Shown one piece after another: positions 51,600 through 60,607 of a stretch of 64,000 nt of DNA. This DNA is from Rhodobiaceae bacterium (lineage in GTDB: Bacteria > Pseudomonadota > Alphaproteobacteria > Rhizobiales > TMED25): positions 19,934 to 83,933 of the forward strand of contig JABIEF010000074.1 in assembly GCA_018651345.1 (NCBI GenBank). Direction: 5' to 3'. Below the pieces are notes generated by a model, which saw only the letters and a program-made list of their open reading frames with translations, was not told where the DNA came from and did no database searches. Numbering within the stretch: position 1 is the first letter of the stretch; each line of letters opens with the position of its first letter. Made by a program: the position numbers and the translations under genes.

Positions 51600-53528
51600 A
51601 TGGATAATTCTAGGATAGTTGATGAAATACGCAATAAAGTTCAATTATCAGATGTAATAAGTAAATATATACAGTGGGATAGAAGAAAAACCCAATCTAG
51701 TAAAGGTATATATTGGGCATCGTGTCCTTTTCATTCGGAAAAAACAGCTTCTTTTAAGTTAGACAATGAAAAAGGAGTATATCATTGTTTTGGATGTAAG
51801 GCTTCTGGCGATGTATATAATTTTATAATGAATATGGATAGTTTAAGTTTTCCTGAGGCTTTGGAAAAACTTTCGATTGTTGCGGGTATAGAGTTGCCGA
51901 AGCAGAAGTCTTTTGACCCGATAAGAGATAAAAAAAGACAAATTTTATATGATATAATGGAAAAAACATGCCTTTTTTATCAAAAAGAATTAACTTATAA
52001 TCAGAATAGCACAGCATATAAATATGTCGTTAAAAGAGGAATATCTGTAAACGAAATTAGTAAATTTAGAATTGGTTATGCTTCTGGAAAAAATGACTTG
52101 ATGAAGCATTTGTTAGGTATTGGTTATAATTACCAACAACTTATTGCTGCTGGACTGGTCGCAAAGTCAGAAGTTAAAAATGAATATTACGAAAGATTTC
52201 GTGATAGAGTAATTTTTCCAATTTGTGATCAATCGAATAAGGTTGTTGCGTTTGGTGGAAGAGCTCTCTCGAATAAGGCTCAAGCTAAATATTTAAATTC
52301 ACCTGAAACAGAATTATTTATAAAGAAGAATATTATATATAATTTCTATAATGCCAGAAAAGCAATTCAGCATAATTTAAACCTATTGGTAGTTGAGGGG
52401 TATATGGATGTTGTCGCACTAGACAAGGCTGGCTTCAATGCTACCGTATCAACAATGGGAACTTCTTTTTCAGAGGATCAATTGGATAATTTATGGAAAA
52501 TATCAAAAAATCCAATATTATGTTTTGATGGGGATGAAGCTGGATATAAGGCGGCCTTAAGATCTATTTCTATTGCTTTTATAAAATTGAAACCAGGTTT
52601 TACGTTGAGTTATATATTCTTACCTCCTGGAAAGGATCCTGATGATATTGTTCGTGATTCGGGACCTGAGGTTATGCAAGAATATATCGCTAATACAGAG
52701 CCTTTAATAGATGTTTTTTGGAATTCTAAAATTGCTGATTTAACCACAGACAGCCCTGAGCTAAGGGCAAAAGTAGATAATGACTTTGATCAATTAATCA
52801 CAACTATCGCTGATAAAGGTATTCAAAAGCATTATAAATTACTAATACAAAAAAGGCTTTATAGTTTTTGGAGTTCAAAGAATTACAACAATTCACGCAA
52901 GTTATTTGGTTGGGGCAATAAAAAGAAAGAAAAAGTTAGCAGAGAATTGCAACAAAATTCTCTTGCAAGAGGGGATAAAAGTGTAATTCAAAAAAGAGAG
53001 AATTTAATTTTATTGGTTGCTATTAATCATCCATTAATTGTTAAAAGAAATACTGATAAATTCCTATCTTTTAATTTTACAAGACCTTCATTTGAAAAAT
53101 TAAGAGAAAAAATTATTGATATTGTTTGTTTAGATAACGATATAGATGCAGATATATTAAGAAATAAATTATTAAAACATGGTTTTGAAGAAGAACTAGT
53201 AAAATTAGATGAATCAAAGATTATAGTTTTAGACTCATTCGCATCAATAGAATCTAATCAGGATGAGACTGAATTAGCTTGGAAGCACGTGATTGATTTG
53301 CAAAAAAGAATACAGATAATAGAAAAAGATCTAAAAGAAGCTGAAATAGAATTTAGTAATTCTCCATCTGAAGACAACGCTATACGGTTAGAAAATATAA
53401 GATTATCGTTGGATAATACAAGTGGAAGAGAAGCATTTATTACCGGTTACTCAAAAGGCACGAATGCAAAAAGAGAAATTAGATCTCTTGATAAATGGTT
53501 AGATGCCAATAAAGATCGACTTCCGTAA
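51600..53528 (+). CDS. dnaG: DNA primase
   Basis: 642 aa. Zinc ribbon CPFHSEKTASF....YHCFGC, RNA-polymerase core, TOPRIM (VVEGYMDV....FDGDEAG) and a C-terminal helicase-interaction region. Confidence 0.92.
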   Translation: MDNSRIVDEIRNKVQLSDVISKYIQWDRRKTQSSKGIYWASCPFHSEKTASFKLDNEKGVYHCFGCKASGDVYNFIMNMDSLSFPEALEKLSIVAGIELPKQKSFDPIRDKKRQILYDIMEKTCLFYQKELTYNQNSTAYKYVVKRGISVNEISKFRIGYASGKNDLMKHLLGIGYNYQQLIAAGLVAKSEVKNEYYERFRDRVIFPICDQSNKVVAFGGRALSNKAQAKYLNSPETELFIKKNIIYNFYNARKAIQHNLNLLVVEGYMDVVALDKAGFNATVSTMGTSFSEDQLDNLWKISKNPILCFDGDEAGYKAALRSISIAFIKLKPGFTLSYIFLPPGKDPDDIVRDSGPEVMQEYIANTEPLIDVFWNSKIADLTTDSPELRAKVDNDFDQLITTIADKGIQKHYKLLIQKRLYSFWSSKNYNNSRKLFGWGNKKKEKVSRELQQNSLARGDKSVIQKRENLILLVAINHPLIVKRNTDKFLSFNFTRPSFEKLREKIIDIVCLDNDIDADILRNKLLKHGFEEELVKLDESKIIVLDSFASIESNQDETELAWKHVIDLQKRIQIIEKDLKEAEIEFSNSPSEDNAIRLENIRLSLDNTSGREAFITGYSKGTNAKREIRSLDKWLDANKDRLP

Positions 53529-53629
53529 AAATTTCAATTATATTCCATTCAATATAGAAATCTTATGTCATAAGTGCTATATATATTCTGAATATACTAT
53601 ACAAAACATGTTAATTGAGGCGAATATTT

Positions 53630-55627
53630 ATGGCTGCTAAGCAAAAAAAATCACCAGCAAAATCCGGTAACGAAGAAAAACATGATTCGCCGGTACTAGA
53701 TTTATCTGACAAAACTGTAAAAAGTTGGATTAGATTGGGCAAAAAAAGAGGATATGTTACATACGATGAATTGAATGAAATACTACCTTCCAATGAGGTC
53801 AACTCAGAGCAGATTGAGGATATAATGTCTATGTTTTCTGATATGGGTATTAATCTTATTGAAAGCGATGATGCTGAAGAGCAAACGAATGCTTCAGATT
53901 CGGGGGCTACTGCTAGTGTACCAGTTGCTATAGATAAAAATGTCTCCACGTCAATAGACCGCACGGATGATCCGGTTAGAATGTATTTAAGGGAAATGGG
54001 TACAGTTGAGCTATTGTCAAGAGAAGGTGAGATTGCGATTGCTAAAAGAATTGAAGCTGGTAGAGAAGCTATGATTCAAGGCTTGTGCGAAAGCCCATTA
54101 ACGTTCCAGGCTATAATTGTTTGGAGAGATGAGTTGAATGAAGGTGATATTTTGTTGCGTGATATAATTGATTTAGAGGCAACATACACTGGTCCTGGTG
54201 CAAAAGATTCTCCGATTACTCCTTCAAAGGATAATGAAGAAAATATTGATATAAAATCTGTTGATCAATCTCCAGTCGAAGAAGAAACTGAAGAAATGTT
54301 GAATCAGAAGATATTAAGTAATAATGAAGAAGAAACAGACGATGATGATTCTGATAATAATGTTTCTTTGGCTGCAATGGAAGCTGAGTTATTTGATGAA
54401 GTAACTACTAGATTTAATAAAATAGCCCATGAATATTCTAAATTAGAAAAATTACAGAATGAGCATAGAAACGATAAAATAAATAATAAGAAATTAGCGC
54501 CAGTAGAAGAAAGAAAATTTGTTAGAATAAAGTCTAATTTGGTCCAAGAAGTTAAGGCATTATCATTAAATAATAATAGAATAGATGCTCTTGTTTTTCA
54601 ATTATACAGCATAAATAAGAGGTTAATGGTCTTTGAAGGAAAATTATTACGATTAGGTGAGAGTTATGGAATAAAGAGAGATGATTTTTTAAAACAATAT
54701 CAGGGGAATGAAATCGATTCAAATTGGGTTAGGAGAGTGAGCAGATTAACTGGTAAGGGATGGAAAGAATTAGTTCACACTGAAAGACATCATATAAAAT
54801 CACTAAGAGATGAGATTTATAATCTTGCAGATGAAGCTGGGCTAGAAATTAATGAATTTAGAAAAATAGCTCAAATGGTTCAAAAAGGTGAGAGAGAAGC
54901 TCACGCTGCAAAAAAAGAAATGGTTGAAGCTAATTTGAGATTAGTTATATCGATAGCAAAAAAATATACTAATCGTGGTTTGCAGTTTTTAGACCTTATA
55001 CAAGAAGGTAATATAGGCCTGATGAAGGCTGTTGAAAAATTTGAATACAGAAGAGGTTATAAGTTTTCAACTTATGCAACTTGGTGGATTAGACAGGCAA
55101 TTACTAGATCAATCGCAGATCAAGCAAGAACAATTCGTATTCCGGTTCATATGATTGAAACAATCAATAAAATAGTAAGGACTTCAAGGCAAATGTTGCA
55201 TGAAATAGGAAGGGAGCCAACACCAGAAGAATTAGCAGAAAAACTTTCTATGCCATTGGATAAGGTTAGAAAAGTTATGAAAATTGCTAAGGAACCTATT
55301 TCACTTGAAACACCAGTTGGTGATGAAGATGATAGCCATCTCGGTGATTTTATTGAAGATAAGAATGTAGTTTTACCTATAGATGCTGCTATTCATGCAA
55401 ATTTAAGAGATACCACAACACGCGTGCTTTCTTCTTTAACACCACGTGAGGAGAGGGTGTTAAGAATGCGTTTTGGAATAGGTATGAATACAGACCATAC
55501 ACTTGAAGAAGTTGGTCAGCAATTTTCTGTAACAAGAGAAAGAATAAGACAGATTGAAGCTAAAGCCCTGAGAAAACTTAAGCATCCATCAAGAAGTAGA
55601 ATATTAAGAAGTTTTTTAGATAGTTAA
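53630..55627 (+). CDS. rpoD: RNA polymerase primary sigma factor (sigma-70)
   Basis: [11 protein letters not shown], region 2 ([49 protein letters not shown]) and region 4 ([24 protein letters not shown]). I prefer the ATG at 53630 with GAGG 9 nt upstream over the track's TTG at 53615. Confidence 0.95.
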   Translation: MAAKQKKSPAKSGNEEKHDSPVLDLSDKTVKSWIRLGKKRGYVTYDELNEILPSNEVNSEQIEDIMSMFSDMGINLIESDDAEEQTNASDSGATASVPVAIDKNVSTSIDRTDDPVRMYLREMGTVELLSREGEIAIAKRIEAGREAMIQGLCESPLTFQAIIVWRDELNEGDILLRDIIDLEATYTGPGAKDSPITPSKDNEENIDIKSVDQSPVEEETEEMLNQKILSNNEEETDDDDSDNNVSLAAMEAELFDEVTTRFNKIAHEYSKLEKLQNEHRNDKINNKKLAPVEERKFVRIKSNLVQEVKALSLNNNRIDALVFQLYSINKRLMVFEGKLLRLGESYGIKRDDFLKQYQGNEIDSNWVRRVSRLTGKGWKELVHTERHHIKSLRDEIYNLADEAGLEINEFRKIAQMVQKGEREAHAAKKEMVEANLRLVISIAKKYTNRGLQFLDLIQEGNIGLMKAVEKFEYRRGYKFSTYATWWIRQAITRSIADQARTIRIPVHMIETINKIVRTSRQMLHEIGREPTPEELAEKLSMPLDKVRKVMKIAKEPISLETPVGDEDDSHLGDFIEDKNVVLPIDAAIHANLRDTTTRVLSSLTPREERVLRMRFGIGMNTDHTLEEVGQQFSVTRERIRQIEAKALRKLKHPSRSRILRSFLDS

Positions 55628-55702
55628 TTTCATAATTATATTTGTATTTGTATTTATTGTTATTTACATCAAAAGATTGAAGTACTATAAGTTATTTACT
55701 TT

Positions 55703-55779
55703 GGGCGATTAGCTCAGTTGGTTAGAGCCCTCCGCTCATAACGGAGTGGTCCCAGGTTCGAGTCCTGGATCGCCCACCA
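55703..55779 (+). tRNA. tRNA with CAU anticodon (elongator Met or lysidine-modified tRNA-Ile2; not resolvable by eye)
   Basis: 77-nt cloverleaf with encoded CCA. Acceptor stem GGGCGAT/ATCGCCC, D-arm AGCTCAGTTGGTTAGAGC, anticodon stem CTCCG/CGGAG around loop CTCATAA (anticodon CAT), T-arm CCAGG-TTCGAGT-CCTGG. The sequence is clearly different from the tRNA at 24-100. The C4-G69 pair and overall look recall Ile2(CAU) tRNAs, but that is a weak argument. Confidence 0.85.
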
Positions 55780-55978
55780 CTGTCATTATTTAAGTAAAAT
55801 AATAAATAATAAAAAGGTATGCCTTATATATATTTATTTTTTATATGGTATTATTGTAAATCAGATTGCAAAGTTATTGTTTTATATGCTAGAACATTGA
55901 TTAATAAGTGGCAAATAACAATTTAGGTTATAAATTTTTGAATTAATATAATTACACAACAACTAAAAGAGGTATCAA

Positions 55979-57322
55979 ATGGGACCAATGGATCCTTCCC
56001 AAGGATGGGGCTTAGACACAGGTTTTATACAACAAGATCATCACGTAAATCCACGCCGTCTGTATAGTCAAAATGGCGCAGATTGGCAATATAGAGTAGA
56101 TCATGAGAGATTAAGACGTCAACGTCTAGAACGTGCACGTCAAGAAATGGAAGCAGATGATCTTGGGGCGCTAGTATTATTTGCTGGAGCAAACATTAGA
56201 TATATTACCGGTTCTTATCAAGGTAACTGGAAATATAACATTAATATTAGATATGCGGTTTTACCAAGAGGCGGTGATCCTGTTCTCTTTGAAACAGCTG
56301 GATCAGATATGTATAATGCTATGTTAGACTTACCTTGGATGAAAGATCGCGTACGTCCGGCTATGACATGGCAGTGGGCCGAAGGTGCTGTTGGTGAAAT
56401 GGCAGATAAAATGGTAAATTCAGTTCTAGAAGTCCTAAAAGAGAATGGTGTAGAAAAAGAAAAAATAGGTATTGATGGCCTAGATATGCCAGGATTACAT
56501 GCAATGGAGAAGGCTGGAATACAAATAGTAAATGGCTGGCCTGCAATGTCTAGAGCTCGTGTGGTTAAGACAATAGATGAAATAGAGCAACTAAAAATGT
56601 CGGCTTCCATTGGTGATGCAGCCATGTGGCACGTGAAACATGATTGGCTAAAACCCGGCATAACAGAAAGACAGATTGAAGCTAAGGTTCATGAGTTTAT
56701 GCTCTCAAGAGGTTGTGAAATTATTTATGACATCATTGTAGCATCTGGCGGTAATACAAGTCCTTATAGGCGATGGGCGACTGATAAATTAATTCAACAA
56801 GGCGATCTTTTAATTATCGATATTAATGCTGTTGGTCCTGGTGGTTACTTTATTGACTATGTTCGTACCTTCAAATGTGCTGCGAAGTTAAATCAACAAG
56901 AAATTGACTTATATCGCGAAACATACGATTCTATGTATGCAGGACTTGAAAATTTACGACCAGGAAAGACTTCAGCTGATGTTGTATCAAAGTTCCCTAT
57001 ATATGATGACGATAAATACGGAACCGTTACACTTCAACAATTTGCGCATTCAATTGGTATTACATTGTATGAAGGGATGTGGATGAGTCGTGCGTATTCG
57101 ATGAAATATCCTGCAGAAATAAAAGAAAACATGTATTTCGCTATTGAAACATTTGCGGGTCATGCGGGGTTGCCTCAAACATGTAGACTTGAAGAAAATG
57201 TTCTAGTTACTAAAGATGGCCCATCAGTCTTTACTAAAATGGAACACATGGAAGAAGCTGTTGCTGGTTATAGGCCAGGTGAGTTCCATCACGCAACGAT
57301 CTTTGGATACCCAAATAAATAA
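55979..57322 (+). CDS. M24-family (creatinase/prolidase fold) metalloenzyme, long-N-terminus form (DddP/DoeA-like architecture)
   Basis: 447 aa. N-terminal creatinase-like domain (GALVLFAGANIRYITG) followed by a pita-bread domain with a full dinuclear metal ligand set in order: IIDINA..., FIDYVRTF, AHSIG, AIETF, RLEENV. An AAGAGG Shine-Dalgarno lies upstream. Confidence 0.8.
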   Translation: MGPMDPSQGWGLDTGFIQQDHHVNPRRLYSQNGADWQYRVDHERLRRQRLERARQEMEADDLGALVLFAGANIRYITGSYQGNWKYNINIRYAVLPRGGDPVLFETAGSDMYNAMLDLPWMKDRVRPAMTWQWAEGAVGEMADKMVNSVLEVLKENGVEKEKIGIDGLDMPGLHAMEKAGIQIVNGWPAMSRARVVKTIDEIEQLKMSASIGDAAMWHVKHDWLKPGITERQIEAKVHEFMLSRGCEIIYDIIVASGGNTSPYRRWATDKLIQQGDLLIIDINAVGPGGYFIDYVRTFKCAAKLNQQEIDLYRETYDSMYAGLENLRPGKTSADVVSKFPIYDDDKYGTVTLQQFAHSIGITLYEGMWMSRAYSMKYPAEIKENMYFAIETFAGHAGLPQTCRLEENVLVTKDGPSVFTKMEHMEEAVAGYRPGEFHHATIFGYPNK

Positions 57323-57327
57323 CTATT

Positions 57328-57366
57328 TAAGGGTATGAGAGTATGCTTAATACTCTCATACCCTTA
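57328..57366 (+). other. perfect 17-bp inverted repeat (stem-loop) between the M24 gene and the next ORF
   Basis: TAAGGGTATGAGAGTAT-GCTTA-ATACTCTCATACCCTTA. Arms 57328-57344 and 57350-57366 are exactly complementary, with a 5-nt loop. It starts 6 nt after the stop codon. No T tract follows on either strand. Confidence 0.75.
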
Positions 57367-57385
57367 TATCTAAGGAACTCCGTTC

Positions 57386-58177
57386 GTGTTTCCAGCATTT
57401 GAAAAAAACCGTTCTATGATATTTAATCCGTTAATAATTGTTGCTTCCGAACTTGGTATAAGCAATCCTAGCGTAGAAAAAAAATCTTCTATTGTTAATG
57501 CCTTCAGGCAGGTCAATGATTCTGGTATTGGTAGTGTTATTGTTGATAGTATATCTGATGATCAAGCTTCTGAGGTGAAAGCTCACGGCGCCTATACTGT
57601 TCAAACAGATATGTCTGAGTTTGGAAAAGATCATAATTATAGATCAAATTCTGGAGCCGAAAGAATAGCGGCGACCGTTAATCGATTTGATAGATATTAT
57701 ACGCATGATATAGTTGTGGCTGTTCCTGATGATATGCCTGAATTAAAGCCTTATCACATGCAAGCATTAATGTATGCTCTTTCTAGCTCTGAAGTTGGCG
57801 TTGCTACAATGGTAGCTCCTTTATCTGAAGGTGATAAAAATGATTTTGATGTTATCAAAGCCACCGTTGATTGGAATTCAGATAGGATTGTTTACCCTCT
57901 TGAGGGAAGTAAAGTTGGAACATTAATTGATGTTAGGCGTGATATAAAAAAGTTAGATGGGGATGATATTTATAAACTTGTCCCAATTCATGCGTGGAGG
58001 AGAGGTCCACTGGATCGCCTTGTTGCGCTACCCCCATCAGATCGTGAGTTTGATGAAGGTACAGATTTGGTCAGAGCTATAGATGCTGGTATGAGGATTG
58101 ATGTAACCTTCGTAACTGATAATATGAAAGTTCTGATCACTCCAGAAGAACTTATTGGTGATGAAATCGAGGGATAA
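57386..58177 (+). CDS. KdsB-like (CMP-KDO synthetase fold) protein lacking the canonical CTP-binding motifs
   Basis: SNSGAERIAATV, IVVAVPDDMPEL, VGVATMVAPL, IHAWRRG and ITPEEL align with E. coli KdsB QSGTERLAEVV, VIVNVQGDEPMI, VGMATLAVPI, IYGYRAG and VDTPEDL. The N-terminal IIPAR..S.R.PGKPL motif is replaced by LIIVASELGISNPSVEKKS, and E.LEQLR by EGTDLVRA. GTG start at 57386 with AAGGA 9 nt upstream. The ATG at 57416 is an alternative start. Confidence 0.62.
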   Translation: MFPAFEKNRSMIFNPLIIVASELGISNPSVEKKSSIVNAFRQVNDSGIGSVIVDSISDDQASEVKAHGAYTVQTDMSEFGKDHNYRSNSGAERIAATVNRFDRYYTHDIVVAVPDDMPELKPYHMQALMYALSSSEVGVATMVAPLSEGDKNDFDVIKATVDWNSDRIVYPLEGSKVGTLIDVRRDIKKLDGDDIYKLVPIHAWRRGPLDRLVALPPSDREFDEGTDLVRAIDAGMRIDVTFVTDNMKVLITPEELIGDEIEG

Positions 58178-58284
58178 TATTTAAATTATAAATTTTAGCG
58201 TTATAATTATTTATATTTAAGATAGATGAGGTCTAAGACTTCAGGATTTGAACATACAGTTTAACTTTAAGAAAAGGATACTCA

Positions 58285-59463
58285 ATGACAAAACCACTAG
58301 AGGGGATCAAGGTTTTGGAATTTGCAAATTTTATAGCAGGACCTTTTTGTGGTATGTTGCTTGCAGATATGGGTGCTGAAGTTATCAAAATAGAATCTCT
58401 TAATGGTGATATGTCTAGAGCTATACCGCCTATAATAGATGGAGAGAGTGTAGCTTTTGTTAATCTCAATCGAAATAAAAAGAGCTTAGCTCTTGATCTA
58501 AAAACAGATTTAGGTAAAGAGGTTGTGTTTAAGTTAATTGGCAGTAGCGATGTTTTTTTAGAAAATAATCGACCTGGAGCAATGGACCGGTTAGGGCTAG
58601 GTTATAATAAAATAAAAGAGATTAAACCTGATATTGTATATACCGCAGTGTCTGGTTTTGGTCAAACGGGTCCTCATAAAAATAGAGGTGGTGTCAATTT
58701 AATTATAGAAGCCCTTGCCGGCACTTTATCGGTCATGGGAGAAAAAGGGCAAATGCCTGTTAGACCTGGCATTCAGACAGCTGATGTCTTCGGAGCTCTT
58801 TTTGCGACTTACGCCACATTAACATCGCTGGTTGGAAAAGAAAAACATGGTGAAGGAAGGTTCTCAGATGTATCTCTTGTCGAATCTTCAATTGCTTCAG
58901 CTGTTTGGGAAACCGCAGAATATCTTTCTACTGGAACTATACCAGAGCAAATGGGGCATTCTCATCGTGCGAGCGCACCTTATCAATTATTTGAAACTAA
59001 AGATAAAAAATTTATTGCTATAGGGGCTCCAAATGACACTCATTTTCAACGTTTAATGACAGTATTGTCATGTGCGGAACATATTGGGAATAAGGCATTT
59101 TCTTCATATGCTAGTCGTAAAGAAAATGAAAATATCCTTGTGCCAATTGTTTCTGAAGGCGTAGGCAAATGGAATGCAAGTGATTTAGAAGAGGTCTTGA
59201 TGAAAGAGGGTGTTCCTTGTGGTTATGTAAGAAATTACGAACAGGCGATTAACAGTGACCATAGTATCGATCGAGGTCTAGTAGTTGAAAGCAATCATAA
59301 TGTTCTTGGTAAGATAAAATCGATTAGAAACCCCATTCTCATGAATAAGGATGGGCCTGATATTAGAAATAGCGCTCCACTTCTAGGACAGAATTCGTAT
59401 GAAATTTTAACGGAGTTAGGGTTTGTTTATCAAGAACTCAAGAATAAGAAGGTTACTTTATAG
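58285..59463 (+). CDS. family III CoA-transferase (CaiB/BaiF/Frc type)
   Basis: 392 aa. The N-terminus PLEGIKVLEFANFIAGPFCGMLLADMGAEVIKIE and then NRNKKS, ENNRPG and GFGQTGP are typical of class III CoA-transferases. Confidence 0.88.
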   Translation: MTKPLEGIKVLEFANFIAGPFCGMLLADMGAEVIKIESLNGDMSRAIPPIIDGESVAFVNLNRNKKSLALDLKTDLGKEVVFKLIGSSDVFLENNRPGAMDRLGLGYNKIKEIKPDIVYTAVSGFGQTGPHKNRGGVNLIIEALAGTLSVMGEKGQMPVRPGIQTADVFGALFATYATLTSLVGKEKHGEGRFSDVSLVESSIASAVWETAEYLSTGTIPEQMGHSHRASAPYQLFETKDKKFIAIGAPNDTHFQRLMTVLSCAEHIGNKAFSSYASRKENENILVPIVSEGVGKWNASDLEEVLMKEGVPCGYVRNYEQAINSDHSIDRGLVVESNHNVLGKIKSIRNPILMNKDGPDIRNSAPLLGQNSYEILTELGFVYQELKNKKVTL

Positions 59464-59469
59464 ATAGCT

Positions 59470-60534
59470 CTATTTGAGATTATCAATAATAGCTTTCGTC
59501 ATTTCTTTGGTTCCTGAATTGCCGCCTATATCTTTTGTTATATTTACACCAGCTTCTATTACGGTATCAACCGATTGTTTTATTTTTTTAGCCACAATAT
59601 TTGCTTTATCAATCTTTAATTTATTTCCAATCCATTCTAATAACATTGCAGAGGAAACGATAAGAGCATAGGGATTCGCAATATCCTGTCCTGCTATATC
59701 TGGAGCTGAACCATGCGTTGCTTGGGCCATGGCTTTATGTTCTCCGACACATAAACCTGGGGCCAGTCCAAGTGAACCAACAAGTCCTGCTCCTAAATCA
59801 GTTAGTATGTCTCCAAATTGATTTGTTGTGACTACTACATCAAATTCTTCTGGTGATGTAATTAAATGCATTGCAGTTGTATCTATTAATTTTTCTTCAT
59901 AATTAATATCAGGAAAATCTAAAGATACTTTTCTGCACTCTTCTATGAACATACCACAGCTTAATCTATAAACAGGTTCTTTGTGAGCTGCTGTTACTTT
60001 TTTTCTGTTGTAATATTTTGCTATTTTAAAAGCTTCTCTTGCAACTCTACTTGCACCTTTTCTTGTTATTACCCTTGATGATATTGTGATTTCGTCATTC
60101 GGTCTATATTCTGCCGAACCAGCAACTATAGTTTCTGAGCTTAATAAACCTTCTGTGACCTCTCTGACGAAAATTATATCTATATTATTTTTATAAGATT
60201 GAAGATTTTTATATGAATAGATAGGCTTAATGCTTGCAAACATTTCGAATTGTTTTCTCAGAGGTGGTATTCTCCATGAAGGATCATTTCTTGGGTAAGC
60301 GTTGTGCCCTATGGGACCTGCTATAATACCGATGGCGTTATTAAGTTCTTTATCGGTTTCTTTAGGGTACGTATCACCATATTTATTATGCGCATCCGTT
60401 CCCATTAATAAGTTTACCCATGTAATATCAAGGTTAACTAATTTGCACGCAGTATCCAATACAGATAATGTTGCTGGAATTATTTCTTTCCCAACATCAT
60501 CTCCTTCAAGAATGGCTATTCTTATATCTTGCAT
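59470..60534 (-). CDS. isocitrate/isopropylmalate-family beta-decarboxylating dehydrogenase (not a canonical LeuB)
   Basis: 354 aa. IAILEGDDVGKEI, FVREVTEGL, NQFGDILTDLGAGLVGSLGLAPG and THGSAPDIAGQDIANPYA. The substrate-loop regions differ from LeuB as I recall it, so I leave it at family level (tartrate/D-malate/homoisocitrate type are all possible). Confidence 0.82.
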   Translation of the reverse strand: MQDIRIAILEGDDVGKEIIPATLSVLDTACKLVNLDITWVNLLMGTDAHNKYGDTYPKETDKELNNAIGIIAGPIGHNAYPRNDPSWRIPPLRKQFEMFASIKPIYSYKNLQSYKNNIDIIFVREVTEGLLSSETIVAGSAEYRPNDEITISSRVITRKGASRVAREAFKIAKYYNRKKVTAAHKEPVYRLSCGMFIEECRKVSLDFPDINYEEKLIDTTAMHLITSPEEFDVVVTTNQFGDILTDLGAGLVGSLGLAPGLCVGEHKAMAQATHGSAPDIAGQDIANPYALIVSSAMLLEWIGNKLKIDKANIVAKKIKQSVDTVIEAGVNITKDIGGNSGTKEMTKAIIDNLK

Positions 60535-60607
60535 GATATTTTACCAGTGCATAATTAAAATAGGAAAGAATATTCTATTATGTTTACTATTAAATTATTA
60601 TTTAATA

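Noticed and set aside
53611-53964. A 117-aa minus-strand ORF over the rpoD 5' region, and the track's TTG start for rpoD at 53615.
   Set aside because: The rpoD frame is unambiguous. The ATG at 53630 with GAGG upstream is the better start, and the antisense ORF has no support.
56218-56661. A 147-aa antisense ORF, plus a nested 61-aa ORF, inside the M24 gene. It is long enough to look like a real overlapping gene.
   Set aside because: The M24 frame carries the full metal-ligand series. Long antisense ORFs are expected where G+C is locally higher and stop codons rarer. There is no start context and no motif.
58010-58019. A 10-nt match (CTGGATCGCC) to the 3' part of the tRNA at 55765-55774, with partial similarity in the flanking GAG(G)TCC. 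I considered it as a possible attR-like remnant delimiting an island.
   Set aside because: It lies inside the KdsB-like ORF in a segment that aligns with KdsB proteins (RRGPLDRLV). It is short, no integrase is present, and it would split a gene. Most likely it is chance.
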